Source of the DNA: Minisyncoccia bacterium
GTDB lineage: Bacteria; Patescibacteriota; Minisyncoccia; Phycocordibacterales; JAACPR01
Assembly: GCA_041740795.1 (NCBI GenBank)
Contig: JBGSLH010000014.1
Location: 1 to 43,430 of the forward strand
Length of the DNA: 43,430 nt
Direction: 5' to 3'
Shown here: positions 26,315 to 36,459 of the stretch, in pieces
How the letters are laid out: each line of letters opens with the position of its first letter
Position numbering within the stretch: the first letter of the stretch is position 1
Notes under the pieces: generated by a model
The model's database searches: none
What the model saw: the letters and a program-made list of their open reading frames with translations, nothing else
What the model was told of the DNA's origin: nothing
Translations under genes and position numbers: made by a program

Positions 26315-28231
26315 ATGAACAACAACTTTGAAAAACCTGATCGACTCGATGAGGTTGAAAAGAAACTCAACTCACCCAATCAGGTTATAGGGATTCGTAC
26401 TCGTAAGCCCCTGCGTGAAGAAACCTACGAAACGCCGCGTGATTGGCAGTCGCCGCATGCGAACACACAAGAATCACCGCTTGCTCTGGATGGCAAAAAG
26501 ACAAACTGGTTTTTCAGGTTTTTTATTATCGCATTTATATTTTTTCTTGGAGCGCTTGGATACCTAGGATACAAATTTTATTTTGACGGCGGCATCGATG
26601 TTAAGAACGTTGATATCCTTATCAACGCGCCTTTGACCATCGGGGCAGGGGAAGTGCTTGATTTTGAAGTGGTGATGCAGAACAAGAATCAGGTCGGCAT
26701 GAGATATATTGATGTTGAAGTTGATTTTCCTGACGGAACACGCTCTGTTCAAGACATTGGATCAAATTATGAGATAGACAATCAAGCAGTTGATATGCTT
26801 GAAGTCGGAGGAATTGTCAAAAAGAATTACAGTGCGCTACTTTTTGGGGAAGAAGGAGACAAAAAGGAAATAACAATTCTCCTTACGTATCAGATAGATG
26901 GATCGACAACACTTTTCAAAAAGGAAAAAAAGTTTGATGTGGTTCTTAAATCAACTCCGGTTCGTCTTACTATAACAAACGTAAGGGAAATAACCTCCGG
27001 TCAGGAACTCTCTTTTAATGTGGAACTGGTTTCAAATTCTACACAGACTCTCAAAAATGTTTTGGTTGAGGCAAAATATCCGTTTGGCTTTACGTTCAAG
27101 AGTTCCAGTTTTGCTCCGCAGGCAGGCAAGGACACATGGATAATCCCAACCCTTGCACCCAAAGAAGTCGCAACTTTTACCATAAAGGGAACACTTGAAG
27201 GACAGAACAACGATGAGAAGTTCTTTAACTTTTCTACAGGACTTGCAACCGACGACAGCAATACTCCGCAAATAGTTTTTAGTACCAAAGGAACAACAGT
27301 CACTCTTGCTCGGCCGTTTCTCGAACTTGATCTTGCAATCGATAAGGATAACTCGGATATTATAGTTCTTAATCCGGAACGAAGTGGAAACGCTACTGTA
27401 AGTTTTAAGAATAATACGAATTTTCAGCTTCGGAATACATCGATCTCGTTAACAATTGATGGTGCGGCACTGAATGAAGATTCTGTACAGGTGAGTGAGG
27501 GCTTCTATCAGTCTGCTAATAATACAGTTACGTGGGACAATACGACTTCTTCAGAACTTGTTTCGATACCGGTTGGATCATCGGGAGCTGTCACTTTCAA
27601 TTTTCGAGGGCTCGGACTTTTATCTTCTTTTTTTATTCAAAATCCAGAACTGACTCTTACGGTACAGGTGAAAGGGAATCGTAATCCTGAGAACCAAGTC
27701 CCTGAAATTATTGAGAATACAATCGTAAAAAAGATTAGATTTAATACACAACTCGCACTTGAGACGAGCAGTCAGCATTACTCGAGCGTTTTTGCCAACA
27801 GTGGACCCATTCCTCCAAAAGTTGAACAGAAGACGACATACACAGGACTCATCAAACTTCAAAATACGACCAGTAAGATTAGTAATGGAATTGTATCCAT
27901 GAGAATTCCTAACTACGCACAATATGAAGGAGTATTCTCTCCCGCAAGTGAAAAAGTCTCATACGATTCTGTAACACGTATTCTTTCATGGAACGTGGGA
28001 GATATTGGTCCAAAGGTAGGATACCTCGGCACTTCACCCCGAACCCTTGCTGTGCAGGTCTCCATAATTCCAAGTATTAGTCAGGTGAACACAACTCCTG
28101 AATTGATAGAAAATATTCGATTTACAGGAACAGACAGTCATACGCAGGAAGATATCATACGGACGGCCCAGTCAATCTCGACTCAGATAAGCGATTCGAA
28201 GGAATACTACGACTCTCAGGTTTCGAGATAG
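26315..28231 (+). CDS. Single-TM protein with multiple Ig-like (DUF11-like) extracellular domains
   Basis: TM helix near aa 65-87; repeated beta-sandwich patterns (YPFGF.F.SS..P...W, GP.PP.V...TTYT). Confidence 0.75.
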   Translation: MNNNFEKPDRLDEVEKKLNSPNQVIGIRTRKPLREETYETPRDWQSPHANTQESPLALDGKKTNWFFRFFIIAFIFFLGALGYLGYKFYFDGGIDVKNVDILINAPLTIGAGEVLDFEVVMQNKNQVGMRYIDVEVDFPDGTRSVQDIGSNYEIDNQAVDMLEVGGIVKKNYSALLFGEEGDKKEITILLTYQIDGSTTLFKKEKKFDVVLKSTPVRLTITNVREITSGQELSFNVELVSNSTQTLKNVLVEAKYPFGFTFKSSSFAPQAGKDTWIIPTLAPKEVATFTIKGTLEGQNNDEKFFNFSTGLATDDSNTPQIVFSTKGTTVTLARPFLELDLAIDKDNSDIIVLNPERSGNATVSFKNNTNFQLRNTSISLTIDGAALNEDSVQVSEGFYQSANNTVTWDNTTSSELVSIPVGSSGAVTFNFRGLGLLSSFFIQNPELTLTVQVKGNRNPENQVPEIIENTIVKKIRFNTQLALETSSQHYSSVFANSGPIPPKVEQKTTYTGLIKLQNTTSKISNGIVSMRIPNYAQYEGVFSPASEKVSYDSVTRILSWNVGDIGPKVGYLGTSPRTLAVQVSIIPSISQVNTTPELIENIRFTGTDSHTQEDIIRTAQSISTQISDSKEYYDSQVSR

Positions 28232-28279
28232 TGCTGTGTCCAACTTTTAAAAAACATAAAATAAGGTATTGTTAAAGCT

Positions 28280-29632
28280 ATGAATACAAACGAACACCAA
28301 GAAATCATGGAGAAGATCGTGTCGCTTTGCAAGAGGCGAGGATTTATTTTTAGGGGTTCCGAGATATATGGAGGACTCGCTGGTTTTTTTGACTACGGCC
28401 CTCTCGGTGTTGCGCTTAAGAAGAACATTGAGAAGATCTGGTGGGATATGTTTGTAGACGGACGAGATGATGTGTATGGTCTCGACGCCGCGCTTGTCAT
28501 GCATCCTCAGGTGTATCAGGCGAGTGGACATGCCGCGAACTTTGCCGATCCGATGATCGAAGATACGAAGACTGGGAAACGGTATCGTGCAGACCATCTC
28601 CTCGAAGAAAATAATATAGACGTGAACGGACTTACGTCTGATGCGATGAACAAACTGATTATTGAACGGAATATCAAAAGTCCCGACGGTAATCCTCTCG
28701 GAAACGTTATGCAGTTCAACATGATGTTCCAGACGTTTGTCGGTGCAAGTGCTGATCAGGATTCAAAGACGTTCTTTAGACCCGAAACCGCACAAGGTAT
28801 CTTTACCAACTATAAGAATGTCTTGGACTCGCTTCATCCCAAGTTGCCGTTTGGTATTGGGCAGATAGGACGAGCATATCGAAATGAAATTGCTCCTCGT
28901 GACTTCATATTCAGAGTTCGGGAACTTACCCAGATGGAGATCGAATACTTTGTGGCTCCAGAGATGTGGGAAGATATATTTGCCCATTTTCAAAAACAGG
29001 TGTGGAATTTTATCGAAGCGGTTGGTATAGATTCCAAAAAAGTTTCCGAACTTGAAGTCGCAGCAGAAGACCGAGCACACTATTCAAAACGGACCATAGA
29101 TTTTGAATTTGAATATCCTTTTGGAAAAAAAGAACTGTATGGACTCGCATACAGAACTGACTACGACCTCAAGAATCATGGGGAAGTATCTAAGACCGAT
29201 CTCTCATATTTTGATGAGGAAAAAAAAGAGCGATTCATTCCTCATGTCATTGAACCTTCATTTGGACTTGAGAGGACAATACTCGCTGTGCTTACAAGTG
29301 CATACTGTGAAGACGAAGTGAACGGAGAGACACGTGTGTTTCTCAAGTTCAAACCTGAGATTGCTCCGTTTCAGTATGCAGTGTTTCCACTTCTCAAGAA
29401 CAAGCCTGAGCTTGTAGAAAAAGCGAGAGAGGTTTTTCAGCTTTTGAAAAAGAAAGGAGATCGAGTTCTTTTTGATGATAATGGAAATATCGGAAAGCGA
29501 TATAGACGACAGGATGAGATCGGAACGCCATACTGCGTGACCATTGACTTTGATTCTCTAGAGGATGATACGGTAACAGTTCGAGATCGAGATACAGGAG
29601 AACAAAAGAGGGTGAAGATCCTGGAGTTGTAG
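28280..29632 (+). CDS. glyQS: Glycine--tRNA ligase (alpha2 type)
   Basis: EIYGG....DYGPLG, RPETAQGIF, RNEI.PR.FIFR.RE..QME.E, PHVIEPS.G, IGKRYRRQDEIGTP. Confidence 0.97.
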   Translation: MNTNEHQEIMEKIVSLCKRRGFIFRGSEIYGGLAGFFDYGPLGVALKKNIEKIWWDMFVDGRDDVYGLDAALVMHPQVYQASGHAANFADPMIEDTKTGKRYRADHLLEENNIDVNGLTSDAMNKLIIERNIKSPDGNPLGNVMQFNMMFQTFVGASADQDSKTFFRPETAQGIFTNYKNVLDSLHPKLPFGIGQIGRAYRNEIAPRDFIFRVRELTQMEIEYFVAPEMWEDIFAHFQKQVWNFIEAVGIDSKKVSELEVAAEDRAHYSKRTIDFEFEYPFGKKELYGLAYRTDYDLKNHGEVSKTDLSYFDEEKKERFIPHVIEPSFGLERTILAVLTSAYCEDEVNGETRVFLKFKPEIAPFQYAVFPLLKNKPELVEKAREVFQLLKKKGDRVLFDDNGNIGKRYRRQDEIGTPYCVTIDFDSLEDDTVTVRDRDTGEQKRVKILEL

Positions 29633-29646
29633 ATAAAATGTTTAAG

Positions 29647-29677
29647 AAAAAAGCCCGGCGCGCAGCGCCGGGCTTTT
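29647..29677. terminator. Bidirectional terminator
   Basis: AAAAGCCCGGCGC-GCA-GCGCCGGGCTTTT. Confidence 0.85.
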
Positions 29678-29694
29678 GATTTCGAAATTGGAAC

Positions 29695-29901
29695 TTATGA
29701 AGCAAAGAACATTTTCAGGCTCATGACTACGAATACTACCGCAATCAGGGCCACGACACAGAGACCGATAATTTGTCCGGTTGATCTCTGTTGAACTACG
29801 ACTTGACTGTCTTTGACCCGCTTGAAGATCTGACAATCCTGTACGATCGCCCCGACAAATAGCAGAGCAACAAGCAGGCAGATACCAATTGGAACGTGCA
29901 T
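29695..29901 (-). CDS. Small two-TM hypothetical protein
   Basis: Two hydrophobic segments; TTGACA upstream on the minus strand; terminator downstream. Confidence 0.55.
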   Translation of the reverse strand: MHVPIGICLLVALLFVGAIVQDCQIFKRVKDSQVVVQQRSTGQIIGLCVVALIAVVFVVMSLKMFFAS

Positions 29902-29984
29902 AATGGTAGGAACTCTTATTTCAGAGTAGTACTTCTTATTTTTTTGTCAATTTGCGCTTGTGCGAGATTATGTATAATACGCCT

Positions 29985-31256
29985 ATGAAATATAAAAAGA
30001 CTATACTACCAAACGGCATGAGAATTATGACTATCCCCTTGGTTGAAAGCCAGAGTGCAATAGGAATGGTTCTTGTCGAGACAGGATCAGATTTTGAATC
30101 AAAAGAACTCAACGGACTTTCTCATTTTCTAGAGCATATGTGCTTCAAGGGAACTACCAACCGCACAGGGGATGAGATCAAGCTCGAGATTGATGGAATG
30201 GGTGCGGCAAGCAATGCTTTTACTTCGAATGAATTCACCGGATATTATGCCAAGGCCAGCAAGGAAAAAATCGGCAAGATTATTGATTTTGTTTCTGATA
30301 TCTATCTTAATCCTACATTTCCGCAAAAAGATATTGATATCGAGCGTGGAGTAATTATTGAAGAGATAAACATGTACGAGGACATTCCTCAGCACGTTGT
30401 CGGTAATATTTGGCAGGAACTTCTGTACCCAGACACGGCAGCAGGAAGACAGATTATCGGTCCAAAGGAAAACATACGTAAGTTCAACCAACAAGACTTT
30501 GTCTCGTACCACAAGCTTCATTATATTCCAGCCAAGACAGTATTTGTGGTGGCAGGGAATATTGATGAAAAAAAGATCATCAAGCAGCTCAAGGATATCT
30601 TTTCACCCATAAACAATCCCAAGATCGCAAAACGTGCCAAGACGAAGTTCTCCCAATCTAAACCGCAGCTAGCACTCAAATACAAAAAAAGCGACCAATC
30701 ACATCTCATCGTCGGCTTCAGGTCTTTTGACCAATACAACGAAAAGAACTATGCACTCAAAGTCGCATCAATCATTCTGGGAAAAGGTTTCAGTTCAAGG
30801 TTATTTACAAAAATGCGTGATGAGCTCGGTCTCTGTTATTACGTGTCTGCAAACATAGAAGCGTTCACTGATCGTGGAGTATTCTATGTACGTTCAGGAG
30901 TCACCAATGTTCGAATTCATGAAGCAGTGGAAGTTTTAATGTCTGAATTCAAAAAACTGCGCGACGATTTCATTGAAGAAAAGGAACTTAAGAAAGCGAA
31001 GGATTTTTTGATCGGGAATTTTGCAATCGGACTTGAGACTTCGGAAGAGGTTGCAGACTACTTTGGTTTCCAGGAACTTTTGAAGGAAAAAATTCTTTAT
31101 CCTAAGGATTATGTAAAAAAGATAAAGGAAGTGACGGTAAAGGATATCCAGAAAGTTCTGAAGGAAATAATGAAACCCAAGAATCTCAACTTTGCACTGA
31201 TCGGTCCGTATGAAAAGAAAGACGAGGCTTCGTTTGAAAATTTGTTGAAGACATAA
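29985..31256 (+). CDS. M16 (pitrilysin) family zinc peptidase
   Basis: HFLEHMCFKGT inverted zincin motif, NAFTS, ERGVI.EEI, SSRLF...R...GL.Y. Confidence 0.93.
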   Translation: MKYKKTILPNGMRIMTIPLVESQSAIGMVLVETGSDFESKELNGLSHFLEHMCFKGTTNRTGDEIKLEIDGMGAASNAFTSNEFTGYYAKASKEKIGKIIDFVSDIYLNPTFPQKDIDIERGVIIEEINMYEDIPQHVVGNIWQELLYPDTAAGRQIIGPKENIRKFNQQDFVSYHKLHYIPAKTVFVVAGNIDEKKIIKQLKDIFSPINNPKIAKRAKTKFSQSKPQLALKYKKSDQSHLIVGFRSFDQYNEKNYALKVASIILGKGFSSRLFTKMRDELGLCYYVSANIEAFTDRGVFYVRSGVTNVRIHEAVEVLMSEFKKLRDDFIEEKELKKAKDFLIGNFAIGLETSEEVADYFGFQELLKEKILYPKDYVKKIKEVTVKDIQKVLKEIMKPKNLNFALIGPYEKKDEASFENLLKT

Positions 31257-31263
31257 AAAGAAA

Positions 31264-31291
31264 AGGGTCCGCACCTATAGGTGCGGACCCT
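31264..31291. terminator. Hairpin between convergent genes
   Basis: AGGGTCCGCACC-TATA-GGTGCGGACCCT preceded by an A-tract (U-tract on the minus strand). Confidence 0.75.
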
Positions 31292-31296
31292 CGTGA

Positions 31297-31626
31297 TTAC
31301 CATGGGAATAGGTCGCCTTCGCGAACCGGGATACCGTGCTTGCTGACACATTGCTTGAGTGACTCATGGACTTCCGAACGGTGTTTTTTGAAAATGGCTG
31401 GTTGTCCGGTACGGTGTCTAGAGATGTTTTCAATGTGAAGCAGGTACAGGCACCCTGTCGTTAAGACAGAATCTGGATGGGGAATGGGAATTTTGCAGAG
31501 CCTGCGGATATTGCAGCCCTCATAACCCGTTTCATTTTTCCACCATTTCAGTGAGTGCTCACCTTTTTTCCATGACGTGTGGAGCTGCAAGAGCTCCTTT
31601 CTTGTAGTTCTTGTATTTTGTTTCAA
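31297..31626 (-). CDS. Hypothetical protein (start uncertain)
   Basis: Open frame filling the gap with a minus-strand terminator right after; TTG start at 31626 is a guess. Confidence 0.35.
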   Translation of the reverse strand: MKQNTRTTRKELLQLHTSWKKGEHSLKWWKNETGYEGCNIRRLCKIPIPHPDSVLTTGCLYLLHIENISRHRTGQPAIFKKHRSEVHESLKQCVSKHGIPVREGDLFPW

Positions 31627-31739
31627 CTTGTATTCATATGATGTGGGACAGTTCTTCAACACAATACCTTGATAATTTACTTTTGTAAAGAAACATATTT
31701 TCCTCTTTTCGTCCAGCCTTTTTGTGATACTATGAACTA

Positions 31740-32822
31740 ATGAAAGACAAATTAAACCAACCAATCTCAATTGAGTTCACTGCGGGTACAGTTATCAAGA
31801 CGCTTGTGATATTTTTCCTGGCTTATCTCGTGTTCGTATTGCGGGATCTCTTCTTAATTATTCTCACTTCAGTAGTCATCGCTTCTGCCGTAGAACCCGC
31901 AACAAGATGGCTTATCAAGAAACGGATTCCTCGTGCAATTGCTGTTATTATGCTGTATCTTTCAGTGATTGTAGCAGTCGCTGCGACCATCACGCTTGTT
32001 CTTCCTCCTCTTGCTCAGGATGTCAAGAATACGATCACAACCTTGCCACAATATATCCAGGCAATCAATCCTTCTGATCTCGAAAAGATCCCAGGACTTT
32101 CGCTCGTCTTTAATCAGTTCACCACTTCCTTTGCCTCAGGAGAACTCTTCCAACGGGTTGGCGGATATGCGGGACAGGTATCGTTTGGATTTTTCCAGAC
32201 AGCAGGAACGGTTTTTGGAAGTATCTTCAGTTTTGCACTAATTATCGTCATCTCTTTTTATCTTGCTGTACAAGACGACGGAGTTGCGAGTTTCTTGAGG
32301 GTAGTCACTCCTGTCAAACATGAAAAATACATTCTCGATCTTTGGAAGCGCTCTCAACGCAAGATCGGACTCTGGATGCAGGGTCAGCTCCTGCTCGGAC
32401 TTATCGTAGGTACGCTTACATATCTTGGTCTCAGTATTCTCGGAGTACAGAACGCGCTCCTGCTCGCGCTTGTTGCAGCAGTGTTCGAACTCATTCCGAT
32501 TTTTGGACCGATTCTTGCGGCTATTCCTGCAGTAGGGATCGCGCTTATTCAGGATGGGTTCTCTTTTGCACTCGTAGTACTCGGGCTGTATCTGATTATC
32601 CAACAGTTTGAAAACCACCTAATTCACCCATTGGTAGTGAAGAAGATTGTGGGAATTCCGTCATTGATGGCGATCCTGTCTTTGATTGTTGGAGCTCAGC
32701 TTGCTGGATTCCTCGGTATGATAATCGCAGTTCCTGTTGCGGCCGCGCTCATGGAATTCCTTGCAGATGTCGAAAAGAAAAAAGTCAAAGAACTCGAACA
32801 GCTTGGAATCACACTTAATTAA
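31740..32822 (+). CDS. AI-2E family transporter
   Basis: Multi-TM; IP..GP, IQQ.EN.LI.P, G.LG..IAVP.AA. Confidence 0.9.
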   Translation: MKDKLNQPISIEFTAGTVIKTLVIFFLAYLVFVLRDLFLIILTSVVIASAVEPATRWLIKKRIPRAIAVIMLYLSVIVAVAATITLVLPPLAQDVKNTITTLPQYIQAINPSDLEKIPGLSLVFNQFTTSFASGELFQRVGGYAGQVSFGFFQTAGTVFGSIFSFALIIVISFYLAVQDDGVASFLRVVTPVKHEKYILDLWKRSQRKIGLWMQGQLLLGLIVGTLTYLGLSILGVQNALLLALVAAVFELIPIFGPILAAIPAVGIALIQDGFSFALVVLGLYLIIQQFENHLIHPLVVKKIVGIPSLMAILSLIVGAQLAGFLGMIIAVPVAAALMEFLADVEKKKVKELEQLGITLN

Positions 32823-32828
32823 GGAATT

Positions 32829-34268
32829 ATGAGTAAAAAGAAAAATTTTTACATAACAACGACATTACCATATGTGAATGCGAAGCCTCACATCGGTTTT
32901 GCTATTGAAATAATCCGTGCAGACGCAATCGCGCGGTTTCAGCGAAAGATCGGTAAGAACGTGTTTTTTAATACAGGAACGGATGAGCATGGTGTGAAGA
33001 TTTTGCAAAAGGCCGAGGAAGAAGGAGTTACTGCGCAGCAACTCGTGGATAAAAATGCGCAAGTGTATAAGGATGTGTTCAATCTTTTACATATTCAATA
33101 CGATGCATTCGTGCGAACAACCGATGATCGCCATCAAAAATCAGCGCAGGCGTTTTGGAACGTGTGTAATGATGCTGGATATATTGAAAAGCGAACATAT
33201 ACAGGATTGTATTGCTCCGGATGCGAATTATTTAAAACGGACCGTGACCTCATAGATGGTAAATGCATCGATCATCCGACAACTGTGCTTGAAGAAATTT
33301 CAGAAGAGAATTATTTTTTCCTCTATTCAAAGTTTGCAGAAAAGCTTCTTAAGTTGTATGAGCAAAAAGATTTTGTTATTCCAGAATTTCGACTTAACGA
33401 AATAAAGAATCAAATCAAGGAAGGTCTGGAAGACTTTAGTATTTCTCGCGTGAAAGATAAAATGCGGTGGGGGATTCCTGTTCCTGGAGACGATTCTCAG
33501 GTGATGTACGTGTGGTTCGATGCGCTCGTGAACTATATTTCTACACTCGGATGGCCTGATGATATGGATACATTTAATCAGTTTTGGAATGAAGAAAATT
33601 CTACGATGGTTCAAATCTGTGGGAAAGACAACCTTAGACAGCAGAGTGCGATGTGGCAGGCAATGCTTGCTGCCTCAGGCCTTCCTTGTACGTCTCACAT
33701 TCTCATAAATGGCTTCATCACAGTGAACGGACAGAAGATGTCCAAGACTCTTGGGAATGTGATTGATCCAGTTGAGATCGTAAGTGAATTTGGAGTTGAT
33801 GCACTTAGATATTTTGCAATTCGAGAATTGAGTCCTCATGAGGACAGTGATTTTGACATCGGGCGGTTCAAGGATGCATACAATGCCAACCTTGCTAATG
33901 GTATTGGTAATCTCACAAACCGAATTCTCAAGATGGCAGAAGACAATGTTTCTTCAAATGAAATTACTTTATCTGATGAACTCCCAAATGATTATGTAGA
34001 AAAAATGAATGAATATAATCTTCATCGCGCTTCAGAAATTGCATGGAATCACGTTGCTACTCTCGATAAATATATTCAAGAGACAGAACCTTTCAAACTG
34101 ATTAAGACCGACCCAGATGCTGGGAAAAAAGTGATCATCGAACTTGTCGGTAAATTATATACGATTGCTCACATGATAGAGCCTTTTATCCCAGAAACTT
34201 CCGCAAAAATCATCGGAGCCATCAAGGTTCACAAGAAGCCAGAGACTCCTATTTTTAACAGACTATAA
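32829..34268 (+). CDS. metG: Methionine--tRNA ligase (short form)
   Basis: PYVN..PHIG, TGTDEHG.KI, YC..CE, YVWFDAL.NY, GKD, KMSK; no C-terminal tRNA-binding domain. Confidence 0.97.
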   Translation: MSKKKNFYITTTLPYVNAKPHIGFAIEIIRADAIARFQRKIGKNVFFNTGTDEHGVKILQKAEEEGVTAQQLVDKNAQVYKDVFNLLHIQYDAFVRTTDDRHQKSAQAFWNVCNDAGYIEKRTYTGLYCSGCELFKTDRDLIDGKCIDHPTTVLEEISEENYFFLYSKFAEKLLKLYEQKDFVIPEFRLNEIKNQIKEGLEDFSISRVKDKMRWGIPVPGDDSQVMYVWFDALVNYISTLGWPDDMDTFNQFWNEENSTMVQICGKDNLRQQSAMWQAMLAASGLPCTSHILINGFITVNGQKMSKTLGNVIDPVEIVSEFGVDALRYFAIRELSPHEDSDFDIGRFKDAYNANLANGIGNLTNRILKMAEDNVSSNEITLSDELPNDYVEKMNEYNLHRASEIAWNHVATLDKYIQETEPFKLIKTDPDAGKKVIIELVGKLYTIAHMIEPFIPETSAKIIGAIKVHKKPETPIFNRL

Positions 34269-34276
34269 TAAGCGTA

Positions 34277-34303
34277 TCATCCCGGACTTGTTCCGGGATC
34301 TCG
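34277..34303. repeat. REP-like palindrome, same family as 6716-6743
   Basis: TCATCCCGGACTTGTTCCGGGATCTCG versus reverse complement TCATCCCGGATTTATTCCGGGATCTCG (2 mismatches). Confidence 0.75.
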
Positions 34304-34314
34304 TAATATAATTT

Positions 34315-35082
34315 ATGAAATACATAGACATCCACGCACACCTCGACTTTCCCGATTTTGATGCTGATAGGGACGAGATCATTACCGATATGAAAAGTTT
34401 GAGCATCGGTCATTTTAATGTCGGAACGTGTGTTGAAACGAGCATGAACTCTATCGTGCTTGCCGAAAAACATGAGCACGTACATGCGATTGTTGGCATC
34501 CATCCTCTGTATGTTAACGAGTCTCAGATAACGGATATCGATGAGATTGAGCCTCTTGTCTCGCATCCCAAGTGTGTGGCGATAGGAGAATGTGGACTTG
34601 ATTTTTTTAGAAATCCAGATGAACAGACACGGGCGAGACAACTTGAATTTTTCAAAAAACAGATCGAACTTGCGATCAGATACAACAAACCGCTCATGAT
34701 CCATTGCCGGAGTGCGTATCCCGAAACCATCGAAGTACTCAAGTCATACAAGAGCTTACACCCAAAGCTTCATGCACACTTCCATTTTTTTACGGAACCA
34801 ATTGAAACAGCAAAAATAATTCTCGAACTCGGATTTACAGTTTCTTTCACAGGTCCGATTACATTTGCTGATTATGACGAACTGATAAAATTCGTTCCAC
34901 TCGAATCTCTCATGGTTGAGACCGATGCACCATACGCTTCACCCAAGTCTCACCGAGGACAACGTAATGATCCTCGAAATGTTATCGAAATTGCTCAGAA
35001 GATTGCTGATATCAAAGGGTCGAGTGTTGAAGAGGTGAGTGAGCAAGTGAGGGAGAATGTGAAGAGGATGTTTGGGGTGTAG
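34315..35082 (+). CDS. tatD: TatD family hydrolase/nuclease
   Basis: D.HAH, GIHP, AIGECGLD, IHCR, ETDAPY, RN.P. Confidence 0.93.
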   Translation: MKYIDIHAHLDFPDFDADRDEIITDMKSLSIGHFNVGTCVETSMNSIVLAEKHEHVHAIVGIHPLYVNESQITDIDEIEPLVSHPKCVAIGECGLDFFRNPDEQTRARQLEFFKKQIELAIRYNKPLMIHCRSAYPETIEVLKSYKSLHPKLHAHFHFFTEPIETAKIILELGFTVSFTGPITFADYDELIKFVPLESLMVETDAPYASPKSHRGQRNDPRNVIEIAQKIADIKGSSVEEVSEQVRENVKRMFGV

Positions 35083-35121
35083 TCTTGTTTTCCCCTAAAA
35101 TCCATGGTAATCTAAACCCCT

Positions 35122-35649
35122 ATGGCTAAAAAAGTAATAGAATCAGTACAAGAAGACCGAGACGCAAAACTCTATGAGTTCGCGTTTCACCTTGTTCCAA
35201 AGATGTCGTCAGACGACGCAGTGTCGGCATTTACTGATATAAAAAATCAAATCACTGCAACAGGTGCAACAATCAGCAATGAAAGTACACCAGCATTACT
35301 AAACCTTGCATATCAAATGGATATCACTGTCGAATCAGTTCGATCAAAGTACAATCAAGCATATTTTGCTTGGGTTATCTTCGAAGCGACTGGTTCACAG
35401 ATCCTTGCATTAAAAGAAGAAATAAAATTACGGACAGATGTTCTCCGAAACCTGCTTATCACGACCAAGAACGAATCACCGATATCAGCCGCTGATGTCG
35501 CGCTCGTTTTGAACGCTGACGAGTCATACATAGGAGCAGAAGACGCAGTACCAGTTGAAGAAATCGCTGAAGTAGCGGAAGCTGCAGAAGTTGAAGAATC
35601 AGAAGACACACAGAAAGTAGACGAAGCGATCGATAAGCTCGTTGAATAG
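35122..35649 (+). CDS. rpsF: 30S ribosomal protein S6 with acidic C-terminal extension
   Basis: YE..F...P, LAY, Y.AYF, VLR.L; sits before ssb-rpsR. Confidence 0.85.
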   Translation: MAKKVIESVQEDRDAKLYEFAFHLVPKMSSDDAVSAFTDIKNQITATGATISNESTPALLNLAYQMDITVESVRSKYNQAYFAWVIFEATGSQILALKEEIKLRTDVLRNLLITTKNESPISAADVALVLNADESYIGAEDAVPVEEIAEVAEAAEVEESEDTQKVDEAIDKLVE

Positions 35650-35710
35650 TTCTAAAGGAACGATAAAGTTTTCGATTGACTATTGATGGTGACTTTGAGA
35701 ACATAAATAT

Positions 35711-36181
35711 ATGTATATAAATAAAGCAATATTAATAGGAAATCTCACACGAGATCCCGAGAAGAAGGCATTACCAAACGGAACAGTAGTAACATCGCTG
35801 AGCCTTGCAACCAACAGAGTCTGGAAGGACCGAGACGGCAAAAAGCAGGAAAGCACCGATTATCACAATGTCGTAGTATTTGGACGACCAGCCGAAACAG
35901 CCGCACAATACCTTGTAAAAGGGCAGAGCGTCTATATCGAAGGTAGAATTCAGACTCGAAGTTGGGATGACAAGGAAGGCAAGAAGCAGTATCGCACAGA
36001 GATCGTTGCTGACTCAGTACAGTTTGGAGCCAAGTCTGGTGGAGGAGGGTCATATGGGAATGCTGATAGTTCATCATCTGCCTCATCTGCACCAAGTTCC
36101 ATCTCAAGCGAACCGACTGACGTTGGAGGCCAGATAGACTATCCAACCGACGATATCAATCCAGAAGACATTCCTTTCTAA
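35711..36181 (+). CDS. ssb: Single-stranded DNA-binding protein
   Basis: NKAILIGNLTRDPE, IEGRIQTRSW, C-terminal DIPF. Confidence 0.98.
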   Translation: MYINKAILIGNLTRDPEKKALPNGTVVTSLSLATNRVWKDRDGKKQESTDYHNVVVFGRPAETAAQYLVKGQSVYIEGRIQTRSWDDKEGKKQYRTEIVADSVQFGAKSGGGGSYGNADSSSSASSAPSSISSEPTDVGGQIDYPTDDINPEDIPF

Positions 36182-36204
36182 ATTACAAGCATAAGACACA
36201 TACC

Positions 36205-36402
36205 ATGAGAGATTATTTTGAAGAAAATCAAATCAAACATATTGACTACAAAGATGTTGCGGTATTGAGCAAGTTCATTAACCCATTCGGTCGGATGCTT
36301 TCTCGAAAACGAACAGGTCTTACGGCCAAAAATCAACGCAAGCTTGCGAACGCAATCAAGCGATCACGATTTATGGGTCTGATGTCATATGTTCGAAGCT
36401 AA
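36205..36402 (+). CDS. rpsR: 30S ribosomal protein S18 (no Cys)
   Basis: IDYKD...L.KF, R.RTG..AK.QR.LA.AIKR.R...L. Confidence 0.96.
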   Translation: MRDYFEENQIKHIDYKDVAVLSKFINPFGRMLSRKRTGLTAKNQRKLANAIKRSRFMGLMSYVRS

Positions 36403-36415
36403 GAACTGAATCCAC

Positions 36416-36444
36416 AAAAACCGCCGGCATGCCGGCGGTTTTTT
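36416..36444 (+). terminator. Terminator formed by a perfect palindrome
   Basis: AAAAACCGCCGGCA|TGCCGGCGGTTTTT. Confidence 0.8.
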
Positions 36445-36459
36445 GGTATACTGGTAGCA

